A stretch of 64,000 bases of DNA. Origin: Mobula hypostoma. Its lineage: Eukaryota. The stretch is from assembly GCF_963921235.1 (NCBI RefSeq), contig NC_086108.1, forward strand, positions 5,394,001 through 5,458,000. The letters run 5' to 3'. Position 1 is the stretch's first letter. The number at the start of each line of letters is the position of its first letter. Both the position numbers and the translations under genes were made by a program. The notes under the pieces were generated by a model, which saw only the letters and a list, made by a program, of their open reading frames with translations, was not told the origin of the DNA and did no database searches. This document shows positions 12,601 through 24,716 of the stretch, piece by piece.

Positions 12601-13590
12601 TAAAATCCTATGGCCTTACAGGAAAGATACTGGCATGGATAGAGGAATGACTGACAGACGGGGGCAGTGAGTGGAAATAAAAGGGGCCTTTTTCTGGTTG
12701 GCTGCCAGTGACTAGTGGTGTTCCTCAGGGGTCAGTATTGGGGCCGCTACTTTTCACATTGTTTGTCAATGATTTAGATAATGAAACTGATGGCTTTGTG
12801 GCAAAGTTTGCAAATGATACGAAGATAGGTGGAGGGGTAGGTAGTGCTGAGGAAGAAATGCAATTTCAGTAGGGCTTCGACGCATTGGAAGAATGGGCAA
12901 AAAAGTGGCAGGTGGAATATCGTGTTGGGAAATGTACGATAATGCATTTTGGTAAAAGGAACAATAGTGTAGATTATTATCTGAATGGGGAGAAGGTTCA
13001 AACATTAGAGGTGCAGAGGGACTTGGGAGTCCTCGTGCAAGACTCCCAGAAGGTTAACTTACAGTTGAGTCTGTGGTAAAGAAGGCAAATGCAATGTTGG
13101 CATTCACTTCAAGGGGAATAGAACATAAAGGCAGGGAGATAATGCTGAGCCTTTATAAGACACTAGTCAGGCTGCACTTGGTGTATTGCCAACAGTTTTA
13201 GGCCCCATATCTCAGAAAGGATGTGTTGTCATTGGAGAGAGTCCAGAGGAGGTTCACGAGGATGATTCTGGGAAAGAAGGGGTTAACCTATGAGGAGCAT
13301 TTGGCAGCTTTGGGCCTGTACTCGCTCGAATTTAGTAGGGTGTAGGGTGGGGGGATGTCATTGAAACCTGCTAAATGGAGAGTAGTGAATCTGTGGGATG
13401 CTCTGCCACAGACTGCAGTGGAGGCTACAACCATGGGTACAGTTAAAGCAGAAGTTGATGGTTTCCTGATATGGTGAGAAGGCAGGTGTATGGGGTTGAG
13501 TGGGATCCGGGATCAGCCATGATGGAATGCAGAGGGGACTCGACGGGATGAATGGCCTAATTCTGCTCCTATATCTTATGGTCTTATACA
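9660..13590 (+). mobile_element. Near-full-length degenerate CR1-clade LINE (ORF1 zinc finger + SGNH esterase; ORF2 APE + RT)
   Basis: ORF1 IGTND; ORF2 LYLNARS, MGDFN, LDWVL, KSPRPDGLHP, QHGF, YLDFQKAFDKV; many stops and frameshifts; 3' tail CTTATGGTCTTA. Confidence 0.9.
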
Positions 13591-13723
13591 TACTTGCACA
13601 CAGCCAGACATTCACAGATGCATGGGTAACCAAACGTATGCACACACAGCGGCAAAGAGACAGGCAAAAAGACACACAAGACATGAATTATGAGAGGTGA
13701 CGATAAGAGGTGTACAAGTTGAT

Positions 13724-14080
13724 TCTGACACCTCTGTCAGACAGGGTTGACCATGGATGTTGTGTCCTAGCTGTCTAGATAAGCAGGTTAGGGCAGTACA
13801 ACATGGAGAGCAAGCTCCCCCTCTCCACGTATCTGGCGAACCCAAAGGAACGGCAGAGACCAATACAGCTTGGCAACAGCGGCATCGTAGGAATTGCCAG
13901 TCAGCATTGAACTCAACGTAGGACTGCCTTAGGGACTCCAGCTCCAGATTTTTCCCTCGGGGTTTACTCCCGAAGCCTTCCCTATGAGTGGGTACAGCCG
14001 CAAGGCAGCGGAGGTTTGAGATCAGAGTGTTCCTTCTCCTAGGTGAGCTGCCAACCACGGCTGACGAGCTCCATCTGTCC
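13724..14080 (-). mobile_element. Non-autonomous RTE-like retroelement inserted into a CR1 3' fragment
   Basis: 12-bp TSD GTACAAGTTGAT at 13712-13723 and 14081-14092. Confidence 0.7.
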
Positions 14081-14609
14081 GTACAAGTTGATAAGAGACA
14101 TAGATCAAGTGCAATGAGACCTCTCCCCAGAACGGAAATGGCCAACACAACGTCACTGAGGAAAGTACAGAGGCAGATCAGATGTAAGTTCCTTCCACTG
14201 AGAGTGGTGTGTGTGTGAAGCACCCAGCCAGGGCTGGTGGTAGAGGCAGATACATTACACCATTTAAGAGACTCTTAGATAGGCACATGATGATGGAAAC
14301 ATGCAGGCTATCTGGGAGGGAAGGGTTAGATTGATCTCGGAGATGGTTAAAAGGTCAGCACAACATCGTGGACCAAAATGCCTATACTGCTCTGTGTAAT
14401 CTTGAAAACTTTGAGCCCTGCCCAATTCTCCATTACTTCTGTCTGTCTTTATCTCTTCTGAGTCCATATTCAATCACTACCTTGTTTATTAACTTTACTG
14501 AAAAAAATAACAAAATACTGCTGGTGATCCAAATCCAAAACAGAGAATGCAGGAAATACTTGATAAGTCACGCTGCATCTCCGTTCAAAGTTCAAAATAA
14601 GTTTATTAT

Positions 14610-14658
14610 CACACCCACGCACCCACACCCACACACACAGACACACACATATATACAG

Positions 14659-14700
<42 letters not shown>

Positions 14701-14715
14701 GCGCGCGCCCACACA
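14610..14715. repeat. (CA)n microsatellite
   Basis: Directly visible CA run. Confidence 0.95.
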
Positions 14716-15009
14716 GCTGCAGTCTCTCCACCCGCTGTGGTCACAATGTGGAAAATGTACTTCAGAGCCTGTGATAACAGTGCACTCCAGGGATTGTTCC
14801 ATTGACTCCTGAAATATTAATCCATGCCCGTACATAGTTTCCATCTCAGGGTGAGCAGAAATGGAGATCAGCAGATCGAACTGTACATTACGGGTATTTG
14901 TGGCATAAAGAGGCATCAGAGATTGTGAAAATGAGTTCAGAGATTTAGCTGAAGCCTGAACTTAAATATTGTGATGGCAGGAACAGGTCAGTGACTGGGT
15001 ATTCAGTAG

Positions 15010-15275
15010 ACACAAACATTCTACAGATGCTGGAAATCCAGAGCAACACACACAAAATGCTGGAGGAGCTCAGCAGGTCAGACAGCATCTACGGAGGGGA
15101 ATAAACAGTCGACATTTTGGGCCGAGATCCTTCTTCGGGACTGAGAAGGAAGGGGAAGATGCCAGAATAAAAAGATGGGGGTAGGGAAGGAGGCTAGCTG
15201 GAAGGTGATGGGTGAAGCCAGGTGGGTGGGAAAGGTCAAGGGCTGGAGAGGAAGGAATCTGACAAGAGAGGCCAC
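15010..15275 (-). mobile_element. Penelope-like element terminal repeat with a degenerate hammerhead (15106-15143)
   Basis: Reverse complement reads cagtc CCGAAGA aggatctcggccc AAAA tgtc gactg. Confidence 0.7.
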
Positions 15276-15449
15276 TCTCTGAGGGTGGCCTGATCTTGGA
15301 AAAAGAGGACTGACATGTCTGAAAGGGAAATGGGAACTTCCCTATGTCAGTCGCTGATGGATACGCAGCCACACATACTGAATAGTTCTCTGTCTGTTGT
15401 CCTATGGACTGGTAGGACTTCTGTTGGTTCTCTCCATCTCTTCTCAGTC

Positions 15450-16030
15450 ACAGGTGCAGAAGAGGTTTACCAGGATGCTATCTGGTTTAGAGGGCATGTG
15501 CTATCATGAGAGGCTGGATAAACTTGGGTTGTTTTCCCTGGTACATCAGAGGCTGAGGGGAGATCTGACAGAGGTTTACAAGGTTACGAGAGGCACAGAT
15601 AGAGTGCCAGTCTTCCATACAATCTTGCCCAAGCCTGCGCCCTGGAAACTTTCCAAGGCGCAAATCCATGGTCTCGTGAGACTAACAGATGCCTAAAAAG
15701 ATAGAGTGGACAGAAAGTATCTGTTTCCCAGGGTTGAAATGGCTAGCACCAAAGGGCATGCATTGAAGATGGGGGTGGGGTAGGTTGAAGGGGGATGTGA
15801 GGGGTAAGTTTTTTACTCAGAGAGTGGTGGATGTCTGGAATGTGCTGCCTGGTCTGGTGGTAGAGACAAATACATTAGAGGCTTTTAAGAGATGTTTGGA
15901 TAGACACATGGATGTGAGGAAGATGGAAGGATATGGACATGTTGTAGGGAGGAGGGATTAGTGTTTGGGTGTTTTTGATTTGTGATCTGGCTGGTTCAGC
16001 ACAACACTGTGGGCTGAGTGGCCTGTTTCT
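15450..16030 (+). mobile_element. CR1 3' fragment carrying a 92-bp retro-insertion (15607-15698)
   Basis: VQKRFTRMLSGL; 10-bp TSD AGATAGAGTG at 15597-15606 and 15699-15708. Confidence 0.8.
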
Positions 16031-19000
16031 GTGCTGTACTCTTCTATGTTCTGCGAGTCTCACACTGGCAAGCAACAACAGGGCAGACCATGGAAAACAA
16101 ACACAATGCTGATGGTGCTAACAATTCCGTGCACCCGGTGACTGAATCAGTCACACACAGAATAGATGCGTCCAGCCAGTCCTGTACTTGAACTGACACT
16201 CACAGATTAATGTTGCACTGATACCACTTTCCATATCAATACAAACCTGTTAAAGCAATCTGCACCTAACGGCAGGGGGAACAGACACACACAGTGGCCA
16301 CTTTATTAGGTCCAATAACGTGGGCAGGACAAGTGATGAGGTTCTGCCTGGAGAATTCAGGGAGTTAGGTGCTAAGTTAAAGGGCAGGACCTGCAGGGTT
16401 GTGATCTCAAGATTGCTAACCATGCCCCATGTTAGTGAGGCCAGGACTAGGAAGATTGTACAGTTTAATACGTGGCTCAGGAGTTAATGTGGGAGGGAGG
16501 GAATAAGATTTTTGAATCATTGGGCTCTCTTCCAGGGAAGGTGGGACCCATACGGAAAGGATGGTTTGCACCTGAACTGGAGGGGGGACTAATAGCCCAG
16601 AGGGAGGGTTTGTTAATGCTGCACCGTGGGGTTTAAACTAGAAATGCAAGACCTCAGACAAAGGTTGGAATCAAAAGGTTGAGCATTGTATGACTAGTGC
16701 CCTGAGACGCCTACATTTCAATGCAAGAAGTATTGTAGGAGAGGCAGATAATAGTGCTAAAGATGAGGTCGTTGGTTTACAAACGGAGGCAATGTGTAGT
16801 GAGGAGAGGCTGTTGATAGGGCAAAATTGCAGTCAACAGGATGAAAAGGACAAAAAGGGTAAATACAGGACTGATTGTGTTGTATCTGAATGTGCACTGT
16901 ATACAGAATAAGGTCGATGAACTTGCAGCACAGTTGCAGATTGGCAGGTATGATGTTATAGGCATCACTGAATCATGGCTGTAAGATTATAGCTGGGAGC
17001 TTAATGTCCAGGGATACACATTGTATTGAAAGGACAGGCAGGAAGGCAGAGAAGGCGGCGTTGCTCTGATGGTAAAAAATGAAATCAAATCATTAGAAAG
17101 AGGTGACATAGGGTTGGAAGGTGTTGGATCATCGTGGATAGAGCTAAGGAACAGTGAGGGTGAAAAGACCCTGATGAGAGGTGTATACAACCCTGCCCCC
17201 AGACAGCAGAAAGGATGTGGCCTACAAATTACAATGGGAATTAGAAAATTCATGCCAAAGGGTAATGTTACAATAGTCATGGGGGACATCAAATATGCAG
17301 GTAGATTGGGACAATTCGGGTTGGTGCTGGATTATAAAAGGGGCAATTTCTAGAGTGTCTATGAGATGGTTTTTTTAGAGCAGCTCGTGGTTGATCCCAC
17401 TAGTGGATCAGCTGATCTGGACTGGGTGTTGTGCAATGAGCCAGAATTGATTAGAGAGCTTAAGGTAAAAGAACCCTTTGGGGTAAGTGACCACAATACA
17501 ATCGAATTCGTCCTGAAGTTTGAGAAGGAGAAACTAAAGTCAGATGGATCAGTATTACAGTAGAGTAAAGGGAATTACAGAGGCATGAGAGTGAAGTTAG
17601 CCAGAATTGATTGGAAAAGAACACTGGCAGGGAAGACAGCAGACCAGCAACGGCTGGAATTCCTGGAAGTAATTCAGAAGGCACAGGATGTATACATCCG
17701 GGAAGAAGGAACTATTCTAAAGGAAAGGTGACACAACTGTAGTTAACAAGAGAAGTCAAAGCCTACATAAAAGCCAAAGAGAGGGTATATAATTCAGTAA
17801 AAATTAATGGGGAGTTAGAGGATTGGGAAGCTTTCAAATACTAACAAAAGGTAACTACAGAAGTCATTAAGAAGGTAAAAATGGAATACAAAAGTAAGCT
17901 AGCCAATAATATTAAAGAGGATACCAAAAGTTTCTTCAGATACATGAAGAGAGGCACAAGTGGATATTGACGGCTGGAAAACAATGCTGGAGAGTTAATA
18001 ATGGGGGACAAGAAATGGTGGATTAACTGAGTAAGTATTTTGCATCAATCTTCACTGTGGAAGACACTAGCAGTATGATAGAAGTTCCAGGGACCAGAGG
18101 GCATGAAGTGTGTGAAGTTACCATAACTAGAGAGAAGGTTCTTGGAAAACTGAAAGGTTTGAAGATTGGTAAGTCAGCTGGACCAGATGGTGTACACTCC
18201 AGAATTCTGAAGGAAGTGACTGAAGAGATTGTGGAGGCATTAGTAATAATCTTTCAAGGATGGAATGGTTCTAGAAGACTGGAAGATTGCAAATGTCACT
18301 CCACTCTTCCAGAAAGGAGAAAGGCAGAAGAAAGGAAACTATAGGCCAGTTAGTCTGACCTCAGTGGTTGGGAAGAAGTTGCAGTCGATTATTAAGGATG
18401 AGATCTCAGGGGACTTGGAGGCACATGACAAAATAGGCCATAGTCAGCATAGTTTCCTCAAGGGAAAAACCTTGCCTGACGAATCTGTTGGAATTGTTGA
18501 AGAAATAACAAGCAGGATAGACAAAGGAGAGTCAGCTGATGTTGTGTGCTTGGATTTTCAGAAGGCATTTGACAAGGTTCCACACATGAGGCTGCTTAGC
18601 AAGATATGAGCCCATGGTATCACAGGAAAGATTCCAGCCTGGATAAAGCAGTGGCTGATTGGCAGGAGGCAAAGAGTGGGAATAAAGGGAGCCTTTTCTG
18701 GTTGGCTGTCAGTGACCAGCGATGTTCCACAAGGGTCCGTGTTGGAACCAATTCTTTTCACATTATTTCTCAATGATTTGGATGATGGAATTGATGGCTT
18801 TGTTGAAAAGGCTCCCTTTATTCCCACTCTTTGCCTCCTGCCAATCAGCCGCTGCTTTGTCCAGGCTAGAATCTTTGCTGTAATACCATGAGCTCATTGC
18901 TTGTTAAGCAGCCTCATGTGTGGCACCTTGTCAAAGGTGGAGGTGCAGGTAGTTTTGAGGAAAAAGAGAGGCTGCAGAAAGATTCAGACAGATTAGGAAG

Positions 19001-19458
19001 GTGAGCAAAGAAATGGCAGATGGAATACAGTGTCGGGAAGTGTATGGTCATGAACTTTGGTAGAAGAAATGAAAGGGTTGACTACTTTCTAAATGGAGAG
19101 TTAATACAAAAAACTGAGGTGCAAAGGGATTTAGGAGTCCTTGGGCAGGATTCCCTAAAGGTCAACTTGCAGGTGGATTGTGCTGAGGAAGGCAAATGCA
19201 ATGTTGGCATTCAGTTCAAAAGGACTGGAATATAAAAGCAAGGGTGTAATGTTGAGACTTTATAAAATATTGGTAAGGCCTCACTTGGAGTACTGTGATC
19301 AGTTTTGGGCCCCTTATCTCAGAAAGGATGTGCTGAAACTGGAGAGGGTTCAAAGGAGGTTCATGAAAATAATTCCAGGATTGAATGGCTTGTCACATGA
19401 AGAGTGTTTGATGGCTCTGGGCCTGTAATCACTAGGATTCAGAAGAATGAGGGGTAAC

Positions 19459-21686
19459 ATAGAACATAGAATAATACAGCACAGTACAGGCCCTTCGGCC
19501 CACAATGTTGTGCCAACCCTCAAACCCTGCCTCCCATATAAGCCCCCACCTTAAATTCCTCCATATACTTGTCTAGTAGTCTCTTAAACTTCACTAGTGT
19601 ATCTGCCTCCACCACTGACTCAGGCAGTGCATTCCACGCACCAACCACTCTCTGAGTAAAAAACCTTCCTCTAATATCCCCCTTGAACTTCCCACCCCTT
19701 ACCTTAAAGCCATGTCCTCTTGTATTGAGCAGTGGTCCCCTGGGGAAGAGGCGCTGGCTATCCACTCTATCTATTCCTCTTATTATCTTGTACACCTCTA
19801 TCATGTCTCCTCTCATCCTCCTTCTCTCCAAAGAGTAAAGCCCTAGCTCCCTTAATCTCTGATCATAATGCATACTCTCTAAACCAGGCAGCATCCTGGT
19901 AAATCTCCTCTGTACCCTTTCCAATGCTTCCACATCCTTCCTATAGTGAGGTGACCAGAACTGGACACAGTACTCCAAGTGTGGCCTAACCAGAGTTTTA
20001 TAGAGCTGCATCATTACATCTCGACTCTTAAACTCTATCCCTCGACTTATGAAAGCTAACACCCCATAAGCTTTCTTAACTACCCTATCCACCTGTGAGG
20101 CAACTTTCAGGGATCTGTGGACATGTACCCCGAGATCCCTCTGCTCCTCCACACTACCAAGTATCCTGCCATTTACTTTGTACTCTGCCTTAGAGTTTGT
20201 CCTTCCAAAGCGTACCACCTCACACTTCTCCGGGTTGAACTCCATCTGCCACTTCTCAGCCCACTTCTGCATCCTATCAATGCCTCTCTGCAATCTTTGA
20301 CAATCTTCTACACTATCTACAACACCACCAACCTTTGTGTCATCTGCAAACTTGCCAACCCAGCCTTCTACCCCCACATCCAGGTCGTTAATAAAAATCA
20401 CGAAAAGTAGAGGACCCAGAACAGATCCTTGTGGGACACCACTAGTCACAATCCTCCAATCTGAATGTACTCCCTCCACCAACATCCTCTGCCTTCTGCA
20501 GGCAAGCCAATTCTGAATCCACCTGGCCAAACTTCCCTGGATCCCATGCCTTCTGACTTTCTGAATAAGCCTACTGTGTGGAACCTTGTCAAATGCCTTA
20601 CTAAAATCCATATAGATCACATCCACTGCACTACCCTTATCTATATGCCTGGTCATCTCCTCAAAGAACTCTATCAGGCTTGTTAGACACAATCTGCCCT
20701 TCACAAAGCCATGCTGACTGACCATGATCAGACCATGATTCTCTAAATGCCTATAGATCCTATCTCTAAGAACCTTTTCCAACAGCTTTCCCACCACAGA
20801 TGTAAGGCTCACTGGTCTATAATTACCCGGACTATCCCTACTACCTTTTTTGAACAAGGTGACAACATTCGCCTCCCTCTAATCCTCCGGTACCATTCCC
20901 GTGGACAACGAGGATGTAAAGATCCTAACCAGAGACTCAGCAATCTCTTCTCTCGCCTCGTGGAGCAGCCTGGGGAATATTCGGTCCACAACTCCAACAC
21001 CTCCTCTCCCTTAATATCAACATGCTCCAGAACATCAACCTTACTCATATTGTCCTCACCATCATCAAGTTCCCTCTCATTGGTGAATACCAAAGAGAAG
21101 TATTCATTGAGGACCTTGCTCAGTTCCACAGCCTCCAGGCACATCTTCCCACCTTTATCTCTAATCGGTCCTACCTTCACTCCTGTCATCCTTTTTCTCT
21201 TCACATAATTGAAGAATGCCTTGGGGTTTTCCTTTACCCTACTCACCAAGGCCTTCTCATGCCCCCTTCTTGCTCTTCTCAGCCCCTTCTTAAGCTCCTT
21301 TCAATCTTCCCTATATTCCTCAATAGACCCATCTGATCCTTGCTTCCTAAACCTCATGTATGCTGCCTTCTTCCACCTGACTAGATTTTCCACTTCACTT
21401 GTCACCCATGGTTCCTACACCCTACCATTCTTTATCTTCCTCACTGGGACAAATTTATCCCTAACATCCTGCAAGAGATCCCTAAACATTGACCACATGT
21501 CCATAGTACATTTCCCTGCAAAAACATCATCCCAATTCACACCCGCAAGTTCTAGCCTTATAGCCTCATAATTTGCCTTTCCTCAGTTAAAAATTTTCCT
21601 GTCCTCTCTGATTCTATCCTTTTCCATGATAATGCTAAAAGCCAGGGAGCAGTGGTCACTGTCCCCCAGATGCTCACCCACTGAGA
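19459..21686 (-). mobile_element. 5'-truncated CR1 LINE with an open RT domain (ORF 19520-20857)
   Basis: [32 protein letters not shown]; 5-bp TSD GTAAC (19454-19458 and 21687-21691); (CATAGAA)n tail. Confidence 0.93.
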
Positions 21687-21720
21687 GTAACCTCATTGAA
21701 AACTATCAAATGGTGAAAGG

Positions 21721-22034
21721 CAAACACGAGGAAATCTGCAGATGCTGGAATTTCAAGCAACACACATCAAAGTTGCTGGTGAACGCAGCAGGACAGGCAG
21801 CATCTGTAGGAAGAGGTACAGTCGATGTTTCGGGCTGAGACCCTTCATCAGGACTAACTGAAAGAAGAGATAGTAAGAGATTTGAAAGTGGGAGGAGGAG
21901 GGGGAGATCCAAAATGATAGGAGAAGACAGGAGGGGGAGGGATGGAGCCAAGAGCTGGACAGGTGATTGGCAAAAGGGATATGAGAGGATCATGGGACAG
22001 GAGGCCCAGGGAGAAAGAAGGGGGGAGAGGAGAG
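21721..22034 (-). mobile_element. Penelope-like element terminal repeat with 13-bp TSD
   Basis: AAATGGTGAAAGG at 21708-21720 and 22035-22047; same repeat as the one downstream of the GIY-YIG-like ORF end at ~57 kb. Confidence 0.8.
21819..21856 (-). ncRNA. Minimal type I hammerhead ribozyme motif (both core boxes intact)
   Basis: Minus strand: uAGUC-CUGAUGA-aGGGU cuca GCCC-GAAA-c-AUC-GACUg. Stems I and II pair; the helix-III palindrome is ACAU rather than ACGU. Confidence 0.7.
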
Positions 22035-22409
22035 AAATGGTGAAAGGATTTGATATAGTATATGTGGAGAAAATGTTTCTAATGGTGGGAAAGTCTAGGA
22101 CCAGAGGACACAGCCTCAGAATAGAGGGGTGTCCTTTTAGAACAGAGATGAGGAGGAATTTCATTTAGCCAGTGAGTGATGAATCACAGCTGGCTAATGA
22201 CAGGCAGCTGTGGAGGCCACTTCTTTTTGTATATTTAAGTCCGAGGTTGATAGATTCTTTATTGATCAGTGTATAAACAGATATGGGGAGAAAGCAGGAG
22301 ATTGGGGCTGAGAGGAAAATTGGATCAGATATGTTGAAATGATGGAGCAGACTCAATGGGCCAAATGGCCTAATTCTGCTCCTACATCTTCTGTTCTTAT
22401 GGTCTTATT

Positions 22410-23027
22410 AAGATATCTAATCAGCCAATCATATGGCAGCAATTCAAGTGCATAAAAGCATGCAGACATGGACAAAAGGTTCAGTTGTTGTTGAGACCAA
22501 ACTTCCAAATGGGGAGAAATGTGATCTAAGTGACTTTGAGAGTGGAATGATTGTTGGTGTCAGATGGGGTAGTTTGTGTGTCGCAGAAAGCTGTGGTGTC
22601 CCGGGATTTTCATCCACAACGGTCTTTATAGTTTACAGAGAATGGTGTGGAAAACAAACTAAAAAAATCCACTGAGTGGCAGTTCTGTGGGTGAAAATTG
22701 GCTTGTCAATGAGAGAGGTCAGAGGAGAATGGCCAGACTGGTTCAAGCTGACAGGAAGGTGACAGTAACTCAAATAACCACACGTTGCAACCGTGGTGTG
22801 CAAAAGAGCAAATCTGAATGCACAATATGCATGTCAGACGGTGAAGTGGACGGGCTATAGCAACAGGTGATCAATAACGTACACACCATGGGGTGACCAA
22901 TAACGTACACGCCATGGGGGTGTCTAATAACGTACATGCCATGGGGGTGACCAATAACGTACACTCCATGGGGGTGACCAATAACGTACACGCCATGGGG
23001 GTGTCTAATAACGTGGCTCTGAGTGTT
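22410..23027 (+). mobile_element. Tc1-like remnant ending in a 27-bp minisatellite (22866-23014)
   Basis: GEKCDLSDFESGMIVG motif; AATAACGT recurs at 22873, 22899, 22926, 22953, 22980 and 23007. Confidence 0.75.
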
Positions 23028-23029
23028 GA

Positions 23030-23525
23030 ACATAGAACGTAAACCAGTACAGTACAGCTCAGTACAGACCCTTCCGCCTGCAATGTTGTGCCAATCTTTT
23101 AACCTGCTCCAAGATCAATCTAACTCTTCCCTCCATCATAGCCTTTCATTTTCTATCATCCATGTGCCTCTCTAAGAGTTTCTGTAATATCCCTGACGTA
23201 TCTTCCCTTACCACCACCCCGGCATGGCATTCCACAAACCCACCACTTCCTGTGTAAAAAAACCTGCTCCTTTTCATCCACTCTATACCTTCCTTCAATT
23301 ACTGTAAAACTCTACCCTCTAGTATCAGCTATGTCTGTCCTGGGGGAAAAGTCTCAGGCTGTCCACTCTGCCTATGCCTCTTATCATCTTCTGCACCTCT
23401 ATCAAGTCACCTCTCATCCTCCTTCACTCCGAAGAAAAAAGCCTTTGCTCGTTCAACCTATCCTCAGAAGACATGCCCTTAAATCCAGGCAGCACCCTGG
23501 TGAATCTCCTCTGCACCCTCTCCAG
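23030..23525 (-). mobile_element. CR1 3' fragment
   Basis: Reverse-strand ERVQRRFTRVLPG and a GAACATAGAAC tail. Confidence 0.75.
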
Positions 23526-23683
23526 AGCCTGTGACTGGGGAGAAAAATGACGTGAGGCAACTCATGAGAAGCGGTCGACAGTACATCTACTTCCTCACAG
23601 TTCCAGGGGCTCAGCCTCAGTCCCATCTCCCATGCCAACTGTTCCGAGTTTGCATGCTCAGCTTCAAGTTTATTGTACATACA

Positions 23684-23879
23684 CAGCGCCTATAAAAAGT
23701 ACTATTTTATTTTATATTCATCATTAATTTAGAGATCTGTTTGCAATTTGACACAAAAGAGTCTTTTTCTGTTGATCAGTGACAAAAAAAGCCAAATTAA
23801 ATCCACAGTGATTCAATGTTGTAAAACAATTAAACATGAAAACTTCCAAGAGTGGAGTGAATATTTCTTATGGGAACTG
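23684..23879. mobile_element. Tc1-like MITE
   Basis: Imperfect TIRs CAGCGCCTATAAAAAGTA ... TATTTCTTATGGGAACTG, followed by TA. Confidence 0.6.
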
Positions 23880-24716
23880 TATACAACCAAACGACAGTGA
23901 ACAACAATTCCTCGGGTGACATCTTCCACCCAGTCAATTATTTCTACCCATCAGGTTCAAGTTTATGATCATCTGACTGTACATGTATGCAACCAAGTGA
24001 AACAATTTCCCTCCAGACCAATGGAGCACCCACACAACATACATCACAGAAAACAAAATATTACCATAAATAAGCTATTAAAATATCATTCAAAATGCAC
24101 GTAGTGCGCAGTGCGGGTAAACAGTAAGCAGCTCGCTGTCCTCGTGGCGAGACCACGGGGGGAGCAGTGTGTTCATTACTCTCACAGCCTGAGGGAAGGA
24201 GCTGTCCCTAGTCTGGCAGTCCTAGACCTGATGCTCCTGTATCTTCTTTGTGACGGTCGTGGGTCAAAGAGATTGTGGGATGGGTGGTAGGAGTCCTCAA
24301 CAATGCTCTAAGCTCTTCGTCTACAATGCTCCCGGTAAATGTCACAAGTAGGGAGAGGGAGACCTCTCGGTGGATTTTACTGTCCTCGGGAGGGTCTTGC
24401 GGTCCGATACCTTGCAGCTTCCACACCAGCTTCGGTTCTCCGTGACTGTGCAGGGGGAAGCTCTGGTTTCCTCCCTCAGCCAAGGGCAAGGGGGTTGGCG
24501 GGGTAAGTGTCAGCTGTAAATTGCCCCTGGAGAAGAGATGATGGGTAGAATCTGGAGAGTGTGTGGAAGGAATGAAGTGTGTTTGCAGAAGCTTTGTGTA
24601 AAGGGTGGTGGATGTTCTGTACAGACCAGATGGGCTGAAGGGCCTGTTCTCATTTCAACTTCGTTAGATTAGGATGTAGAAGAGTTATTTATCTGGTAGT
24701 TTATCTGAAACTGAAT

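Larger units (their letters stand above)
16310..22408 (+). mobile_element. Degenerate CR1 LINE (ORF1 end + ORF2) hosting two nested insertions and an internal inverted duplication
   Basis: DGLHLN (ORF1), LDWVLCN, NYRPVSLTS, DFQKAFDKV, LEYCDQFW; host sequence resumes at 21692 and 22048. Confidence 0.88.
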
